Of a stretch of DNA of 64,000 nucleotides, positions 1 to 9,750 are shown one piece after another. The stretch covers positions 2,944,001 to 3,008,000 of the forward strand of contig OY970303.1 in assembly GCA_963716255.1 (NCBI GenBank). Reading direction: 5' to 3'. The notes beneath the pieces are model-generated. The model was not told the origin of the DNA. It saw nothing but the letters and a program-made list of their open reading frames with translations, and ran no database searches. Source of the stretch: an uncultured Gemmatimonadales bacterium. Its GTDB lineage: Bacteria; Gemmatimonadota; Gemmatimonadetes; Longimicrobiales; Longimicrobiaceae. A program made the position numbers and the translations under genes. Position 1 is the first letter of the stretch. Each line of letters starts with the position of its first letter.

Positions 1-183
1 AACCGGGTGAACCAGGACATCGTGGACCGCGTGAGGCGCGACGGGCGGGTGTTCCTGTCGTCCACGCTGCTGGACGGCCGCTTCACCCTGCGCATGGTGG
101 CGCTGTCGTTCCGCACCCACCGCCGCACCATCGACCTGGCGCTGCGCATCCTGCGCGACGAAGCGGCCGCGCTGGGTGGCTGA
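1..183 (+). CDS. 3' end of a PLP-dependent (group II, aromatic-amino-acid-type) decarboxylase, partial
   Basis: Frame 1 reads NRVNQDIVDRVRRDGRVFLSSTLLDGRFTLRMVALSFRTHRRTIDLALRILRDEAAALGG*. G-x-VFLS-ST...LR...RT is typical of the C-terminus of group II decarboxylases. Confidence 0.7.
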   Translation, partial: NRVNQDIVDRVRRDGRVFLSSTLLDGRFTLRMVALSFRTHRRTIDLALRILRDEAAALGG

Positions 184-203
184 AGAGGAATGCGGGGAGA
201 TGC

Positions 204-346
204 CCCGCGTGAGGGATTTCGGCCCGAAGGGGCGAGACCCGCGGGCTGTTTCGCGGGGCTCGACTCCGTTGGGCTGCGTTGTTTGCAGCCCTACGGAGCC
301 GAAGCCCGACCCCGGCGCCAGCCGGGGACACGCCCAACCCCGCAGC
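204..346 (+). repeat. Structured dispersed repeat family A, copy 1
   Basis: cgcgtgagggatttcggcccgaaggggcgagaccc...ctccgtt-stem-tacggagccgaagcccgaccccggcgccagccggggacacgccc; matches 4038-4176, 10157-10301 and 19789-19930; lies between convergent genes. Confidence 0.95.
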
Positions 347-361
347 TGCCGTCGACGCTTC

Positions 362-757
362 TCACGAAAACCCGCAGCCCTCCACGAAGTGCACCGCGAG
401 CCCGGTATAGTACTCGATGACGGCCGGCCGGACGTTTCCCGCCTGGCTCGTGCTTCGCGTCCGCGCCACCGGGCTCACGTGGCGGCGCACGTCCACCACG
501 GCGCTGGCCATCTTCTGGTGGGCGCCGTCGCGGAGCTCGCTCAGGCTGCCCCCGGCCAGCTCCCCCGCCGGGCGATAGCGGCACCCGGGCACGCGGTGGG
601 AGGTGAAGAGCGGGATGGTCTCGGCGTCCGGGTGCGCCATCACGCCCCAGTCGCGCGGGTCGGGGCCGAGCGGCTCGGCGCCGCGCCGGGCGGCGCACGC
701 GGACGCGGCCAGCGCCGCGGCGAGAACGGCGAGCGAGGCGATCTTCCGGGTACGCAT
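362..757 (-). CDS. Hypothetical lipoprotein
   Basis: ATG at 757 after a GGAGGAG SD; MRTRKIASLAVLAAALAASAC is a signal peptide with a lipobox-like end. Confidence 0.7.
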   Translation of the reverse strand: MRTRKIASLAVLAAALAASACAARRGAEPLGPDPRDWGVMAHPDAETIPLFTSHRVPGCRYRPAGELAGGSLSELRDGAHQKMASAVVDVRRHVSPVARTRSTSQAGNVRPAVIEYYTGLAVHFVEGCGFS

Positions 758-885
758 GGGGTCTCCTCCGGGACGGGTGGGACGGACCGCGCGCGGGCCT
801 CGTTCCATTCTCCGGCGCGGCGACCCGCCCCGCAAGGCTTTCGTCGGGGCCGGGCTGGCAGGCCCGCGGAGCCCCCTGGACGAGC

Positions 886-916
886 GGAGGCGCCGGGACG
901 GGGTCCCGGCGCCTCC
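886..916. terminator. GC-rich hairpin, possible terminator downstream of the small ORF 958-1110
   Basis: ggaggcgccgggac-ggg-gtcccggcgcctcc, perfect 14-bp stem; no clear U tract. Confidence 0.4.
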
Positions 917-957
917 CTGCGCTTCGATTCCGGAGGGACTGCGCCTTCAGGCTGCGC

Positions 958-1110
958 TCAACCCTCCCCGGTCTCCGCTTCCGGCCGGGCGCCGGCGGGG
1001 GCCTCCGGCCGGTCGGGACGGGCCTGCGCGGCGGCCGCGCGCGCCGTGCGTGCGCGGCTGCCGAACTCGGTGGGACGGGGGAAGACGAGGTCGCGGATGA
1101 AGCGCAGCAT
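958..1110 (-). CDS. Small hypothetical protein (50 aa)
   Basis: GGAGGT SD just upstream of ATG; MLRFIRDLVFPRPTEFGSRAR... Confidence 0.5.
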   Translation of the reverse strand: MLRFIRDLVFPRPTEFGSRARTARAAAAQARPDRPEAPAGARPEAETGEG

Positions 1111-1287
1111 GATACCTCCGGGGAGTGGGGGAGAGTCCTGCAAGGCGGGAAGCAGCATGTATATGCCGCCAGCTCCGGAAACACAACGTTCTCGTTCCGG
1201 AGGCCGGCCGAAACCCGGCTCGGCCCGCCGGGTAGCATCCCCCGGCTTCCGTCCCGGCCGTGCCGCACCCCTCTCGCCAGGAGCACG

Positions 1288-1689
1288 ATGAGCTCGCCGC
1301 AGTCCCCCGCCGCCAGGCTGACCCTCCCCGGCCACGCGCCGGCCGCCGCCGCGGTGCAGCTTCGCCCGCGCCCCCGCAAGCAGCGGACGGTCCGGGCGCT
1401 CACCCTGCTGGTGGCCTTCTGGGCGCTGGTCCCGCTGGTCTTCTTCATCCCCCCGCACGTGCCGTGGGCGGCGGGCGCCTTCGCCGCGGGGATCTACTTC
1501 GCGCTGCGGAGCCTGCGGGGCGAGTACGTGGTGGAGTCCTTTGCCGGGAACTGCCCGCGCTGCGGCGAGCCGCTCGCGATCGCCCCGGGGACGCTGGTGA
1601 AGATCCCCTACACGGTGACGTGCTACCACTGCCACCACGAGCCCGCGCTCCAGGTGGCGCGCCCGGGGGCGCAGGGAGCCACGGCCTGA
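1288..1689 (+). CDS. Hypothetical membrane protein with C-terminal zinc ribbon
   Basis: AGGAG SD; two hydrophobic segments followed by CPRC...CYHC. Confidence 0.75.
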   Translation: MSSPQSPAARLTLPGHAPAAAAVQLRPRPRKQRTVRALTLLVAFWALVPLVFFIPPHVPWAAGAFAAGIYFALRSLRGEYVVESFAGNCPRCGEPLAIAPGTLVKIPYTVTCYHCHHEPALQVARPGAQGATA

Positions 1690-1704
1690 CGCACCGGCGG
1701 CGGA

Positions 1705-2124
1705 TCACCCCGCGCTCCCCTCCCATTCGGCGACCAGGCGGCGCGGCGCGTGCCGTCGCCAGGAGTCCACCACCAGCGCGCGGAGCCGCTCCGGCCGGAT
1801 GGCCGCCAGGCGGACCAGGACGATGGGGTAGCCCCGGTAGTGGTCGGTGACGAAGAAGGCCGCGGGGTCCGACTCCAGCAGGAAGTCGCGCTCGTACTCG
1901 TCGGTCTTGAGCACGAGCGTATCGCCGTCCTCCCACAGGCGGACGAAGAGCTTGCCCCGGACGCGGAGCGCGGGCGTGCCGTAGGAAGTGCCCTCCTCCA
2001 CGCCGGGAAGCGCGAGCGCCCACTCGCGCACCGCCTGGAAGGTGGCGCCGGCCGCGGGGTCGCTCACCCCATCCCCTCCGGTGGGGGCCTGTCTGGCGAC
2101 GTCGGGCCCGCGGTCCTCGCTCAT
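1705..2124 (-). CDS. MmcQ/YjbR family DNA-binding protein
   Basis: ALALPGVEEGTSYGTPALRVRGKLF...FFVTDHYRGYPIVLVRL...SWRRHAP; AGGAGG SD before ATG 2124. Confidence 0.85.
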   Translation of the reverse strand: MSEDRGPDVARQAPTGGDGVSDPAAGATFQAVREWALALPGVEEGTSYGTPALRVRGKLFVRLWEDGDTLVLKTDEYERDFLLESDPAAFFVTDHYRGYPIVLVRLAAIRPERLRALVVDSWRRHAPRRLVAEWEGSAG

Positions 2125-2222
2125 GGCGTCCTCCTGGCTGAGATTGACATCCCTGCCGCGCTGCAACGCCCGTTCCGGGAGGAGCGGCACGCGGCGGGGA
2201 TTCGGGACGGACCGCGGGCGCC

Positions 2223-2771
2223 TCAGCAGAGCCGCTCGTAGTAGACGAGCGGCGTGCCGCGGTACGAGACCCGGCCCACCTCGCGGAACCCGCACGCGGC
2301 GTAGAAGCCGCCGGCGCCCGCCTCCGCGTCGTACGCGTCCAGCCGCAGCGCGTCCGCCGGCCACGCCCGCGCGAGCCGCAGCGCCTCCGCCAGGCACCCG
2401 CGCCCGACGCCGCGGCGCTGCCGGTCCGGCCGCACCGCCATGTCCGTGAGGTACAGCGGCCTCGCGCAGGGCGTGAAGTACGCCGGGTCGATGGCCCACG
2501 GCTTCCGCGTGCCCAGGCGGAAGGTGGCGACGGCCTCGCCGCCCTGCCGCGCGAGCCAGACGCGGGAGATGCGCAGCTGGTGCAGCACGCCGCGCTCGGT
2601 CGGCTCGCCCGCCCAGTGGCCGTGGCCGTAGCGCGCGGCGAGGTCCCGGGCCGCGGCGGCGCGCAGCGCGACCACCCGGGCCGCGTCCTCCGGCGCCGCT
2701 TCCGCGAAGGCGAGCCCCGCCGGCCGGTCCTCCGGCGGGGGCGCCGCGCTGGCCGGCGGCGGTGCGCTCAA
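2223..2771 (-). CDS. GNAT family N-acetyltransferase (start uncertain, TTG at 2771)
   Basis: Motif A LTDMAVRPDRQRRGVGR and LRLDAY...FYAACGF. Confidence 0.8.
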   Translation of the reverse strand: MSAPPPASAAPPPEDRPAGLAFAEAAPEDAARVVALRAAAARDLAARYGHGHWAGEPTERGVLHQLRISRVWLARQGGEAVATFRLGTRKPWAIDPAYFTPCARPLYLTDMAVRPDRQRRGVGRGCLAEALRLARAWPADALRLDAYDAEAGAGGFYAACGFREVGRVSYRGTPLVYYERLC

Positions 2772-3042
2772 GGGTGGACCCGGCGCCAGCGGCCGGGAGC
2801 GCGCGCCGTCGCCAGGCGGAGCGTGTCCGCGGCGAGCAGGAGGTGCACGAGCGTGGGTCCGGCGATCCGCGGCAGTCTCATGGGCACGTGTCCGTGCGGG
2901 GGACGCGGGCGAGCTTGTGGGCCGCACCCGCGCGTGGGTATCGTAGATCCGGCCTCCGCGCGCCGCGGACGGCGCCGCGCGCGAGGACCGGGCCGGGGCC
3001 GCGAGCCCCGGGAGCCCGGCTTCACCCCTCCACTCCCCGGCC

Positions 3043-4002
3043 ATGCCGCACCCAACGTCCCCCTTCCCCGGCGCCCGCGCCCGCCTCGCCGCGCGCGCGG
3101 CCCTGCGCCTGTGCGCCGCGTCGCTGGCGCTCGCCGCGTGCGCGCCGGCCGATCCCCCGCCCCTCCCCGTGGACGAGGCCGCCTACCGGCAGACGCTGGA
3201 GCGGTTCCTGGCGAAGCGCACCGAGGAGGTCAACGGCGCGGACGGGTGGAACACGCTGGTGGGGCTCTTCTGGCTGGAGCCCGGCGCCAGCCGCGTGGGG
3301 AGCGACTCCACCGCACCCGTGCGCCTGCCGGCCGACCGGTCGCCGGCCGTGCTGGGCACCGTGTTCGTGGAGGGCGACTCCGTGCGCTTCGACGCGGCGC
3401 CGGGCGCCCGGGTCACACGGGACGGCGTGCCGGTGCGGGCGCTCCGGCTGCTCACCGACGCGGACAGCGCGCAGACGGTCCTCGCGCACGGATCGCTCAC
3501 GCTGCGCGTCATCCGCCGCGGCGAGCGGCTGGCGCTGCGCGTCAAGGACCGCGAGCACCCGGCGCGGACGGGCTTCGCCGGGCTGCGCTACTTTCCCGTG
3601 GACACCACCTGGCGCATCCGCGCACGCTTCGTCCCCAGCGAGCGCATGGACTCCGTGGAGATCGTCAACATCGTGGGGATGATGGAGAAGCAGCCCTCGC
3701 CCGGGCTCATCGAGTTCGAGGCCGGCGGCCGGCGCCACACCCTGCGCCCCGTGCTGGAGCGCGGCTCGCCGGAGCTGTTCGTGATGTTCAAGGATTCCAC
3801 CAGCAGCGCGGACACCTACCAGGCCGGGCGCTACCTGTACGTGAGCCCGCCGGACTCGCTGGGGCGCGTGCTCCTGGACTTCAACCAGTCGTACAACCCG
3901 CCCTGCGCCTTCACGGCGTTCGCCACCTGCCCGCTGCCGCCGCGCGAGAACCACCTGCCGTTGCGCATCGCCGCGGGGGAATTGCGGCCGGCGGCGCACT
4001 GA
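3043..4002 (+). CDS. DUF1684 domain-containing lipoprotein
   Basis: FKDSTSSADTYQAGRYL...LDFNQSYNPPCAFTAFATCPLPPRENHL...AGE signature; LAAC lipobox. Confidence 0.9.
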   Translation: MPHPTSPFPGARARLAARAALRLCAASLALAACAPADPPPLPVDEAAYRQTLERFLAKRTEEVNGADGWNTLVGLFWLEPGASRVGSDSTAPVRLPADRSPAVLGTVFVEGDSVRFDAAPGARVTRDGVPVRALRLLTDADSAQTVLAHGSLTLRVIRRGERLALRVKDREHPARTGFAGLRYFPVDTTWRIRARFVPSERMDSVEIVNIVGMMEKQPSPGLIEFEAGGRRHTLRPVLERGSPELFVMFKDSTSSADTYQAGRYLYVSPPDSLGRVLLDFNQSYNPPCAFTAFATCPLPPRENHLPLRIAAGELRPAAH

Positions 4003-4037
4003 GGCCGGATCCGGTCGTATCGAGGTGAACTGCATGG

Positions 4038-4176
4038 TTCGGGCGTGCCCCCGGCTGGCGCCGGGGTCGGGCTTCGGCTCCGTAACGCACGAAACAACCG
4101 TGCGTAACGGAGTCGAGCCCCGGCGGAAACTGCCCCGCCGGGTCTCGCCCCTTCGGGCCGAAATCCCTCACGCGGG
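4038..4176 (-). repeat. Structured dispersed repeat family A, copy 2
   Basis: Reverse complement of copy 1 with a compensated inner stem acgcacg/cgtgcgt. Confidence 0.95.
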
Positions 4177-4222
4177 TTTTGCGCTGGCGTCCGCGAGATC
4201 TGGCCCTCGATGGCCGCGCGGG

Positions 4223-4915
4223 CTAGAAGCCCTCGAAGATGCCGCCGATGACGGACGCGATCACCTCGAAGACGCTCACGGCGGCCTCCCCCACCACCTC
4301 GAACAGGCCGGTGGCGACCTCGGGTGCCACCGCGACCAGGTCCGGCACGTGCGAGGCCGCGTGGGCCGCCGCGCGGACGCCGTAAAAGGCCAGGTCCGGC
4401 GTGTAGAAGAGGGTGTCGAGCAGCACCTCGCCGGGCCCGCTGCGCACCTCGCCGGGCGAGCCGGCGCGCCGTAGCGCGCGCCCCTGGAGCGCCCCGTCGA
4501 AGCCCGCCTCCCAGATGGCCCGCAGCTCGTGGTGGTCGAACCACACTCCCCTGCACCCGCCGCACACGTCCAGGTGCAGCCCCGCGTGCGACTCGGTGCG
4601 CATGGGGCGCGCGCAGGCGGGGCACTCCAGGGTGTTGCTCCAGCCGCAGGCCGGGCACTTCTCGTCCGCCCGGTCCAGCGCGCCGTGGCAGTCGTGGCAG
4701 CGCATGCGGAAGCGGTGCTCGCGCTTCTCCACCCGCTGCCACAGCTCGGCCGCCGGCATCCCCCGCAGCCGCTGCACCTCGCCGTGCTCCAGCCAGGCGC
4801 CGCCGCAGCGCCCGCAGTGGTCCACCCGGAGCACGCCTCCCGGGCCGATCGCCACCCGGCCCATGGTCACGCCCAGGCAGACCGGGCACGGCAGGCGGGG
4901 CGACAGCTCAGGCAT
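4223..4915 (-). CDS. Multi-zinc-ribbon (zf-TFIIB-like) protein
   Basis: CPVC...VDHCGRCGGAWLEHGE and CPAC...LDVCGGCRGVWFDHHE repeats, plus further CxxC pairs. Confidence 0.8.
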   Translation of the reverse strand: MPELSPRLPCPVCLGVTMGRVAIGPGGVLRVDHCGRCGGAWLEHGEVQRLRGMPAAELWQRVEKREHRFRMRCHDCHGALDRADEKCPACGWSNTLECPACARPMRTESHAGLHLDVCGGCRGVWFDHHELRAIWEAGFDGALQGRALRRAGSPGEVRSGPGEVLLDTLFYTPDLAFYGVRAAAHAASHVPDLVAVAPEVATGLFEVVGEAAVSVFEVIASVIGGIFEGF

Positions 4916-5360
4916 CGAGCACCCCCCTCGCCGACGACTTGCCGCCCAGGTGGCGGATGTCGTAGAAGCCGTACACGAGCAGCCCGGCGTCGCTGACCTC
5001 GATGTCCGCCTGGCCGCGCACGCACAGGGCGTCGAGAGCTTCCTTGGCCGCCTCGGGCGTGACCGCCAGCTCGGCCGCCACCTCCACCGCGGTGAGCCGG
5101 CCGCCCCGCTCGCCGGCGAGCCGGAGGATCTCCGCGTCCATCGTCTGCCGGCGGAGCTGGGCCTTCCGCCCGACGAGCCGCGCCCGCTCGGCGTGGTGGC
5201 TGCGGACCAGCAGGGCGGCGCCCACGGCGGGCAGGCCCACTGTGAGCGCGAGTGCCGCGAGCGTCGCCGGGGCGGCGAGGGCCGCGCCGGAGCCCAGGAA
5301 CCCGAGGAGCATGAACAGCCCGAGGGCGGCGAGACCGGCGGCGGCGAGCTGCTTGCTCAT
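4908..5360 (-). CDS. Hypothetical membrane protein with winged-helix-like C-terminus
   Basis: Two N-terminal TM segments, then ILRLAGERGGRLTAVEVAAEL; overlaps the next gene by 8 bp. Confidence 0.7.
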   Translation of the reverse strand: MSKQLAAAGLAALGLFMLLGFLGSGAALAAPATLAALALTVGLPAVGAALLVRSHHAERARLVGRKAQLRRQTMDAEILRLAGERGGRLTAVEVAAELAVTPEAAKEALDALCVRGQADIEVSDAGLLVYGFYDIRHLGGKSSARGVLDA

Positions 5361-5441
5361 GGGCGTGCGGATCCGGGTCGAGGCGCGGGCCGCGAAGACG
5401 GCGCCGTAGTTCCGACTACGGACCGGGCGTGGGGGCGGGTT

Positions 5442-5882
5442 TCACGCGTCGGGCGCCGGGCCGAGCGCGGTGCGGAACTGGAAGCACTCGATCCCCAGCC
5501 CCTCGCGGAAGTAGAAGCGGTGCGCCTGCTCGCGCGTCACCCGGGAGATGAGCTGCAGCTCGGCGCAGCCGCCGGCCCGCCCCTCGGCCTTGAGCCAGTC
5601 CAGCAGGCGCCTGCCGTAGCCGCGCGAGCGCACCCGCTCGTCGGTCACGAAGTCGTCCACGTACAGCAGCCGCCCGCAGTACAGCATGGTCATGTACCGG
5701 TACCCGGCCACGGCGCGCACCTCGCCGTCGTCCTCCAGCGCGGCGAGCCGGTAGCCTTCGCCCTCCATCATCCGGCGGACCATGGGCACGTAGTCGCCGA
5801 GCGGGAGGTGCGGGCGCAGCTGCCGCATGACCTGCCAGGTGGCGGCGATCGCGTCGTCGGTGTCGGCGGTGCGGATGGTCAC
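5442..5882 (-). CDS. GNAT family N-acetyltransferase
   Basis: VMRQLRPHL...LYVDDFVTDERVRSRGYGRRLL...AHRFY. Confidence 0.9.
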   Translation of the reverse strand: MTIRTADTDDAIAATWQVMRQLRPHLPLGDYVPMVRRMMEGEGYRLAALEDDGEVRAVAGYRYMTMLYCGRLLYVDDFVTDERVRSRGYGRRLLDWLKAEGRAGGCAELQLISRVTREQAHRFYFREGLGIECFQFRTALGPAPDA

Positions 5883-5930
5883 GGGCGGTTCTCCGGGCGG
5901 ATGGGGGTGGAGCCGGACGGCGGCGGACGC

Positions 5931-6524
5931 CTAGCCGTGGATCTTCTCGCCGCGCTCCAGCATCTCGATGAAGCCGGCGATCCGCTTCGCGCGGGTCTCC
6001 GGCTTCCTGGCCGTCTGCACGCGGAAGAGGATGGCGTAGCGGTTGGCGCCGCTCAGCGTGGCGAAGAATTCCGCCGCCCGCGGGCTCGCGTCCAGCGCGG
6101 CCTGCAGGTCGTCCGGGACCGTCGCCCTGCTCTGCGAGTCGTACGCGGCGTCCCAGCGGCCGTCCGCCTTCGCGGCCTCCACCGCTTCCAGGCCGCCGGG
6201 CTTCATCCGGCCGGCCGCCACCAGCGCCTCCACCTTGTCGCGGTTGATCCTGGACCAGATACTCCGGGGGCCGCGCGGGCTCCACTTCTGGATCCACGAG
6301 GCCTCGTCGTAGCTCTTCTTCTGGCTGTCGATCCACCCGTAGCACAGCGCCACGTCCAGCGCCTCGGCATAGGACGGCGAGCGGAGGCCGGAGTCCTTCT
6401 TGGCGTGCCGGAGCCACACGCCCGGGGAATCGGGGTGGTGCCGGTCCAGCCACTCGGCCCAGGCGGCCTGGTCCTCGACGTGAAGGACGGCCAGCTCGGG
6501 CGCCGGGGGCTTCGGGGGTGTCAT
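5931..6524 (-). CDS. YdeI/OmpD-associated family protein
   Basis: YAEALDVALCYGWIDSQ...SPRGPRSIWSRIN...VPDDLQAAL...KPETRAKRI. Confidence 0.9.
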   Translation of the reverse strand: MTPPKPPAPELAVLHVEDQAAWAEWLDRHHPDSPGVWLRHAKKDSGLRSPSYAEALDVALCYGWIDSQKKSYDEASWIQKWSPRGPRSIWSRINRDKVEALVAAGRMKPGGLEAVEAAKADGRWDAAYDSQSRATVPDDLQAALDASPRAAEFFATLSGANRYAILFRVQTARKPETRAKRIAGFIEMLERGEKIHG

Positions 6525-6636
6525 CGGGATCGGGGATCGGGGTCGATGTCGGGAGGATGGCGGCGCCCGGAGCGTCGCGCCTCAAATGTCTTCGCGGAAG
6601 ATCTGTACGCGGACCGGCGCGCACCCGAGACGGAGA

Positions 6637-7818
6637 TCATCCCCCGGCGCCGGGGTGGGGAATGAGCCCCTGCACCACCTCGTGGGGATCCCGGCCCCAG
6701 CAGCGCAGCTCGCCCGCCACGGTCACGCCGCACTCGCCCCAGTCGCCTCCGGCCACGGAGCGCCAGCGGTGCTCCGGGCGCCACGGGCGCGGCACGCGAT
6801 CGCCCGCCCACGCGTACGCCCGGCCGTCGGCGGTGAGCCCCAGCATGCGCGCTTCGCGCGGCATGCGCCGGATGGAGCGGAAGCGGAGCCCGCCGGAAAC
6901 GGCGGCCGGGCGCGGGTTGCACCACGTCTGCGTGCCCCAACGCGGGCAGCGCTCGAAGCCCGGCCGCTGCGCGGTGTCGCGCGTGGCGTCGTCGTAGCCG
7001 GCGGCGCCCCAGCAGTGCGCGGCGCCGTCCGCGGTGAGCCCGCACGCCCAGTGGCCGACCACCGCGATCTCGCGGAACCGCTCCCTGCCGGCGACGGGGG
7101 CCGGGGCGGCGGCGGTGTCGCGGCTCCCGGTCCCCAGCACGCCGAAGGTGGCGTCGCCGCGGCAGAAGACGCGCCCGTCGCGCGCCGCGGCGCAGAAGGT
7201 GGGCTCCACCGGCACGTCGTCGTCGCCGTCCACACTCGCCACGGCCAGCCGCGCCCACGGCTCGGGCTGGGGCGCGGGACGGCCCCAGCGGCGGTCCCAG
7301 CAGAGGAGCGCGCCGACCACGTCCACGGCGCAGCGCCGGGCGGCGTTCACGGCGGCGAAGCGGCGGCCGGGCGCCGGCGGCACCGGGGCGAAGCTGCACG
7401 GCTCGGTGTGCAGGCAGCGGTCCTTGTACGCGGCCGTGTCGCCCAGCGGCCGTCCCCAGCACAGCAGCGTCCCCGCCGGCTCGATGCCGCAGGTCAGGTA
7501 GCGGCCGGCGCTCAGCGTGGCGAACCGGTGGCCGCCGAGCACCGGGAGCGGGAGCGTGTCGCTGGCCGTGGGATAGCAGCTGCGGTGGCCGCTCTCGCCC
7601 ACGATGCCGCAGTGCACCGGGGTGCGGGCGCCCAGGTGGCCGGCGTGGTTGTTCCCCCAGCAGAACGCCTGCCCGGCGGTGTCCAGCGCGCAGGCGTGGT
7701 CGTCGCCCACGGTGACGGAGGCCCAGCGGGGCGCGGGCTGCGTGGCGGGTGCCGGAGCGGCGGCGAGCGCCGGGAGCAGGAGGAGCGCGGCCAGGGCGGC
7801 GCGGAGTCCGAGGCTCAT
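6637..7818 (-). CDS. Secreted RCC1/BLIP-II-like repeat protein
   Basis: Signal peptide; repeated HACALD..G.AFCWG-type units. Confidence 0.8.
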   Translation of the reverse strand: MSLGLRAALAALLLLPALAAAPAPATQPAPRWASVTVGDDHACALDTAGQAFCWGNNHAGHLGARTPVHCGIVGESGHRSCYPTASDTLPLPVLGGHRFATLSAGRYLTCGIEPAGTLLCWGRPLGDTAAYKDRCLHTEPCSFAPVPPAPGRRFAAVNAARRCAVDVVGALLCWDRRWGRPAPQPEPWARLAVASVDGDDDVPVEPTFCAAARDGRVFCRGDATFGVLGTGSRDTAAAPAPVAGRERFREIAVVGHWACGLTADGAAHCWGAAGYDDATRDTAQRPGFERCPRWGTQTWCNPRPAAVSGGLRFRSIRRMPREARMLGLTADGRAYAWAGDRVPRPWRPEHRWRSVAGGDWGECGVTVAGELRCWGRDPHEVVQGLIPHPGAGG

Positions 7819-8267
7819 GCGGGGAGCCGGGGCGCGGGGGCGGCCTCCTCGATCTCCGGCGCGAGCGCGGAAAGCACGTCGATCACGTCATCCTCCGTGG
7901 CGATGCGGAAGTGAACGAGCCCGGGATGGTGGACGTCGAGCAGCGGCTCGGCCTCGCGGAGCCGGGCGAGCCACGGCGAACCGGGGACGCGCGCGGTCCA
8001 GCCGACCCGGTCCGCGCCCGCTCCCCCGGTCCAGAGCCCCAGCCGGAGCTCCTCCCGCACGTTCCGGTAGGCCGGCACGCTCGCGAACGTGAGGGTCCAG
8101 CGGCGCCGGGCGGGGTCGCCCGCGTCCTCCAGCGTGAGGCGGAGCGCGCCGTCGTCCACCAGCGTCACCAGGCGCAGGCTGCGCGCGTCGGAGACGGGCG
8201 TCTCCCAGCGTTCCGCCATCCAGGTGGACCCGTGTGTCACGGAAGGATGGCGTCCCTCGTCGGGCAT
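7815..8267 (-). CDS. Hypothetical protein (alternative start 8219)
   Basis: Normal-composition ORF whose stop overlaps the RCC1 gene start (ATGA); ends HFRIATEDDVIDVLS. Confidence 0.6.
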   Translation of the reverse strand: MPDEGRHPSVTHGSTWMAERWETPVSDARSLRLVTLVDDGALRLTLEDAGDPARRRWTLTFASVPAYRNVREELRLGLWTGGAGADRVGWTARVPGSPWLARLREAEPLLDVHHPGLVHFRIATEDDVIDVLSALAPEIEEAAPAPRLPA

Positions 8268-8323
8268 GGTCGGATGTCTCCTGGTGGCTGGAATGGAGCC
8301 GGCGCCGGCCGCCGGGCGTGCCC

Positions 8324-9586
8324 CTACCGCACCCCCGCCATGCTCAGCGCCAGCAGCAGCACCATCCGGGTCCCCTTGAGCGCGCTGGGCACGTCCGACC
8401 ACTCCGAGAGCGTGTGCTGGTCCCCGCCGTTGGAGCGCCCCACGGAAATCGCCGGGATCCCCCGCTCCACCGCCGCGTTGGCGTCCGTGGAGCCGGAGGG
8501 CACCGCCTCCGTGTCGATGCCCAGGAAGCGGTGCACGTCCAGCGCCGTCTGCACCAGCGGGTGCGCGCGGCGGCCGCGGAGCATCACCTCGGTGCCGCCG
8601 GCGCCGTTGCGGGTCACCACCTCCCTTTCCCAGCGCACCCGGTTGGCCTCCGCCGCTCGCTGCACGCGCGAGGTGATCTCGGCGTCCAGCGAGTCCAGCA
8701 GCAAGGGGTCCACCGAGCGCAGGTCCATGGTGAAGGACACCTCCTCGGGGATGGCGTTGAAGATCTTGCCGCCCTGCACCATCCCCACGTTGAACACGGT
8801 GTGCCCGCCCCCCTCCGGGAGGCGCAGCTCGTAGATGGAGCGCACCGCGTCCGCCAGGGCGCGCACCGGGTGCGGCTTGCCGGCGGAGGTGTTGGTGTGC
8901 GAGCCCTCGCCGCGGAAGGTGTAGCGCGTCCAGTAGATCCCCAGCGCGCCGTACATCACCGGCCCCAGCCCGCCGTCCACCGCCACCACCACGTCGGCGG
9001 CGCGCGGGTTGTGGTCCAGCCAGTAGGCCATGCCCACCAGCCCCAGCTCCTCCTGCGCGGTGCCGATGAAGAGCAGGTCGCCGCGGGTGCGCACCCTGGC
9101 CTGGTCCAGGGCGCGCGCCACCGCCAGCAGGTTGGCGACCGAGGCCGAGTTGTCGAAGACGCCGGGGGCGCGCAGCACGTCGCCGTCGCGGCGCACCTCG
9201 ACGTCGGTGTCCAGGGGGTGAACGGTGTCCAGGTGCGCCGCCAGCGCCACCGTGGGCCCGCCGCCAGTGCCCCGACGACGACCCACCACGTTGCCGATGG
9301 AGTCCACGGTCACCTCCAGCCCCGCGCGCTCCATCTGCTCGCGGACGTAGGCCGCGCGCGCCTGCTCGTGGCGCGAGGTGCCGGGGATCTCGGTGATGCG
9401 GATCCACTCCTCCACCTGGCGGGGGAAGTTGCCCTCGATCCAGGCGAGCGCGTCGCGCACGGCGGGGCGCGCGGCCAGCCGCGGGGAGAAATTGCTGGGA
9501 TACGCCGGCTGCTGCGCGGCCGCGGGAGCGGCCAGGGCGAGCAGGGCGAGGGCGGCGCCCAGGGCGCGGCGGGCGTTCGCGTGCAT
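8324..9586 (-). CDS. Secreted M20/M25/M40 family metallo-hydrolase
   Basis: AAHLDTV, APGVFDNS, TAQEELGL, GSTDAN and HTLSEW metal/catalytic motifs; signal peptide. Confidence 0.9.
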   Translation of the reverse strand: MHANARRALGAALALLALAAPAAAQQPAYPSNFSPRLAARPAVRDALAWIEGNFPRQVEEWIRITEIPGTSRHEQARAAYVREQMERAGLEVTVDSIGNVVGRRRGTGGGPTVALAAHLDTVHPLDTDVEVRRDGDVLRAPGVFDNSASVANLLAVARALDQARVRTRGDLLFIGTAQEELGLVGMAYWLDHNPRAADVVVAVDGGLGPVMYGALGIYWTRYTFRGEGSHTNTSAGKPHPVRALADAVRSIYELRLPEGGGHTVFNVGMVQGGKIFNAIPEEVSFTMDLRSVDPLLLDSLDAEITSRVQRAAEANRVRWEREVVTRNGAGGTEVMLRGRRAHPLVQTALDVHRFLGIDTEAVPSGSTDANAAVERGIPAISVGRSNGGDQHTLSEWSDVPSALKGTRMVLLLALSMAGVR

Positions 9587-9750
9587 GGCTGCGCAGGGGA
9601 TGCGGGACGGGAACGGGAATCGCCGGGGAAGGTGCGCGGGAGCGGTGCGGGGCCGCAAGTGCTCCTTGCCGGGGCGGGGCGCGCGCGTTCTCTTCGGGGC
9701 ATGCGGCGCGCGGAGTCCGCGCGCCCTCAACCCCGGCCAGGGAGAGCCCC

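Noticed and set aside
2768..2881. 37-aa ORF overlapping the GNAT TTG start (possible leader peptide)
   Set aside because: No clear SD or motif; could be chance in GC-rich DNA.
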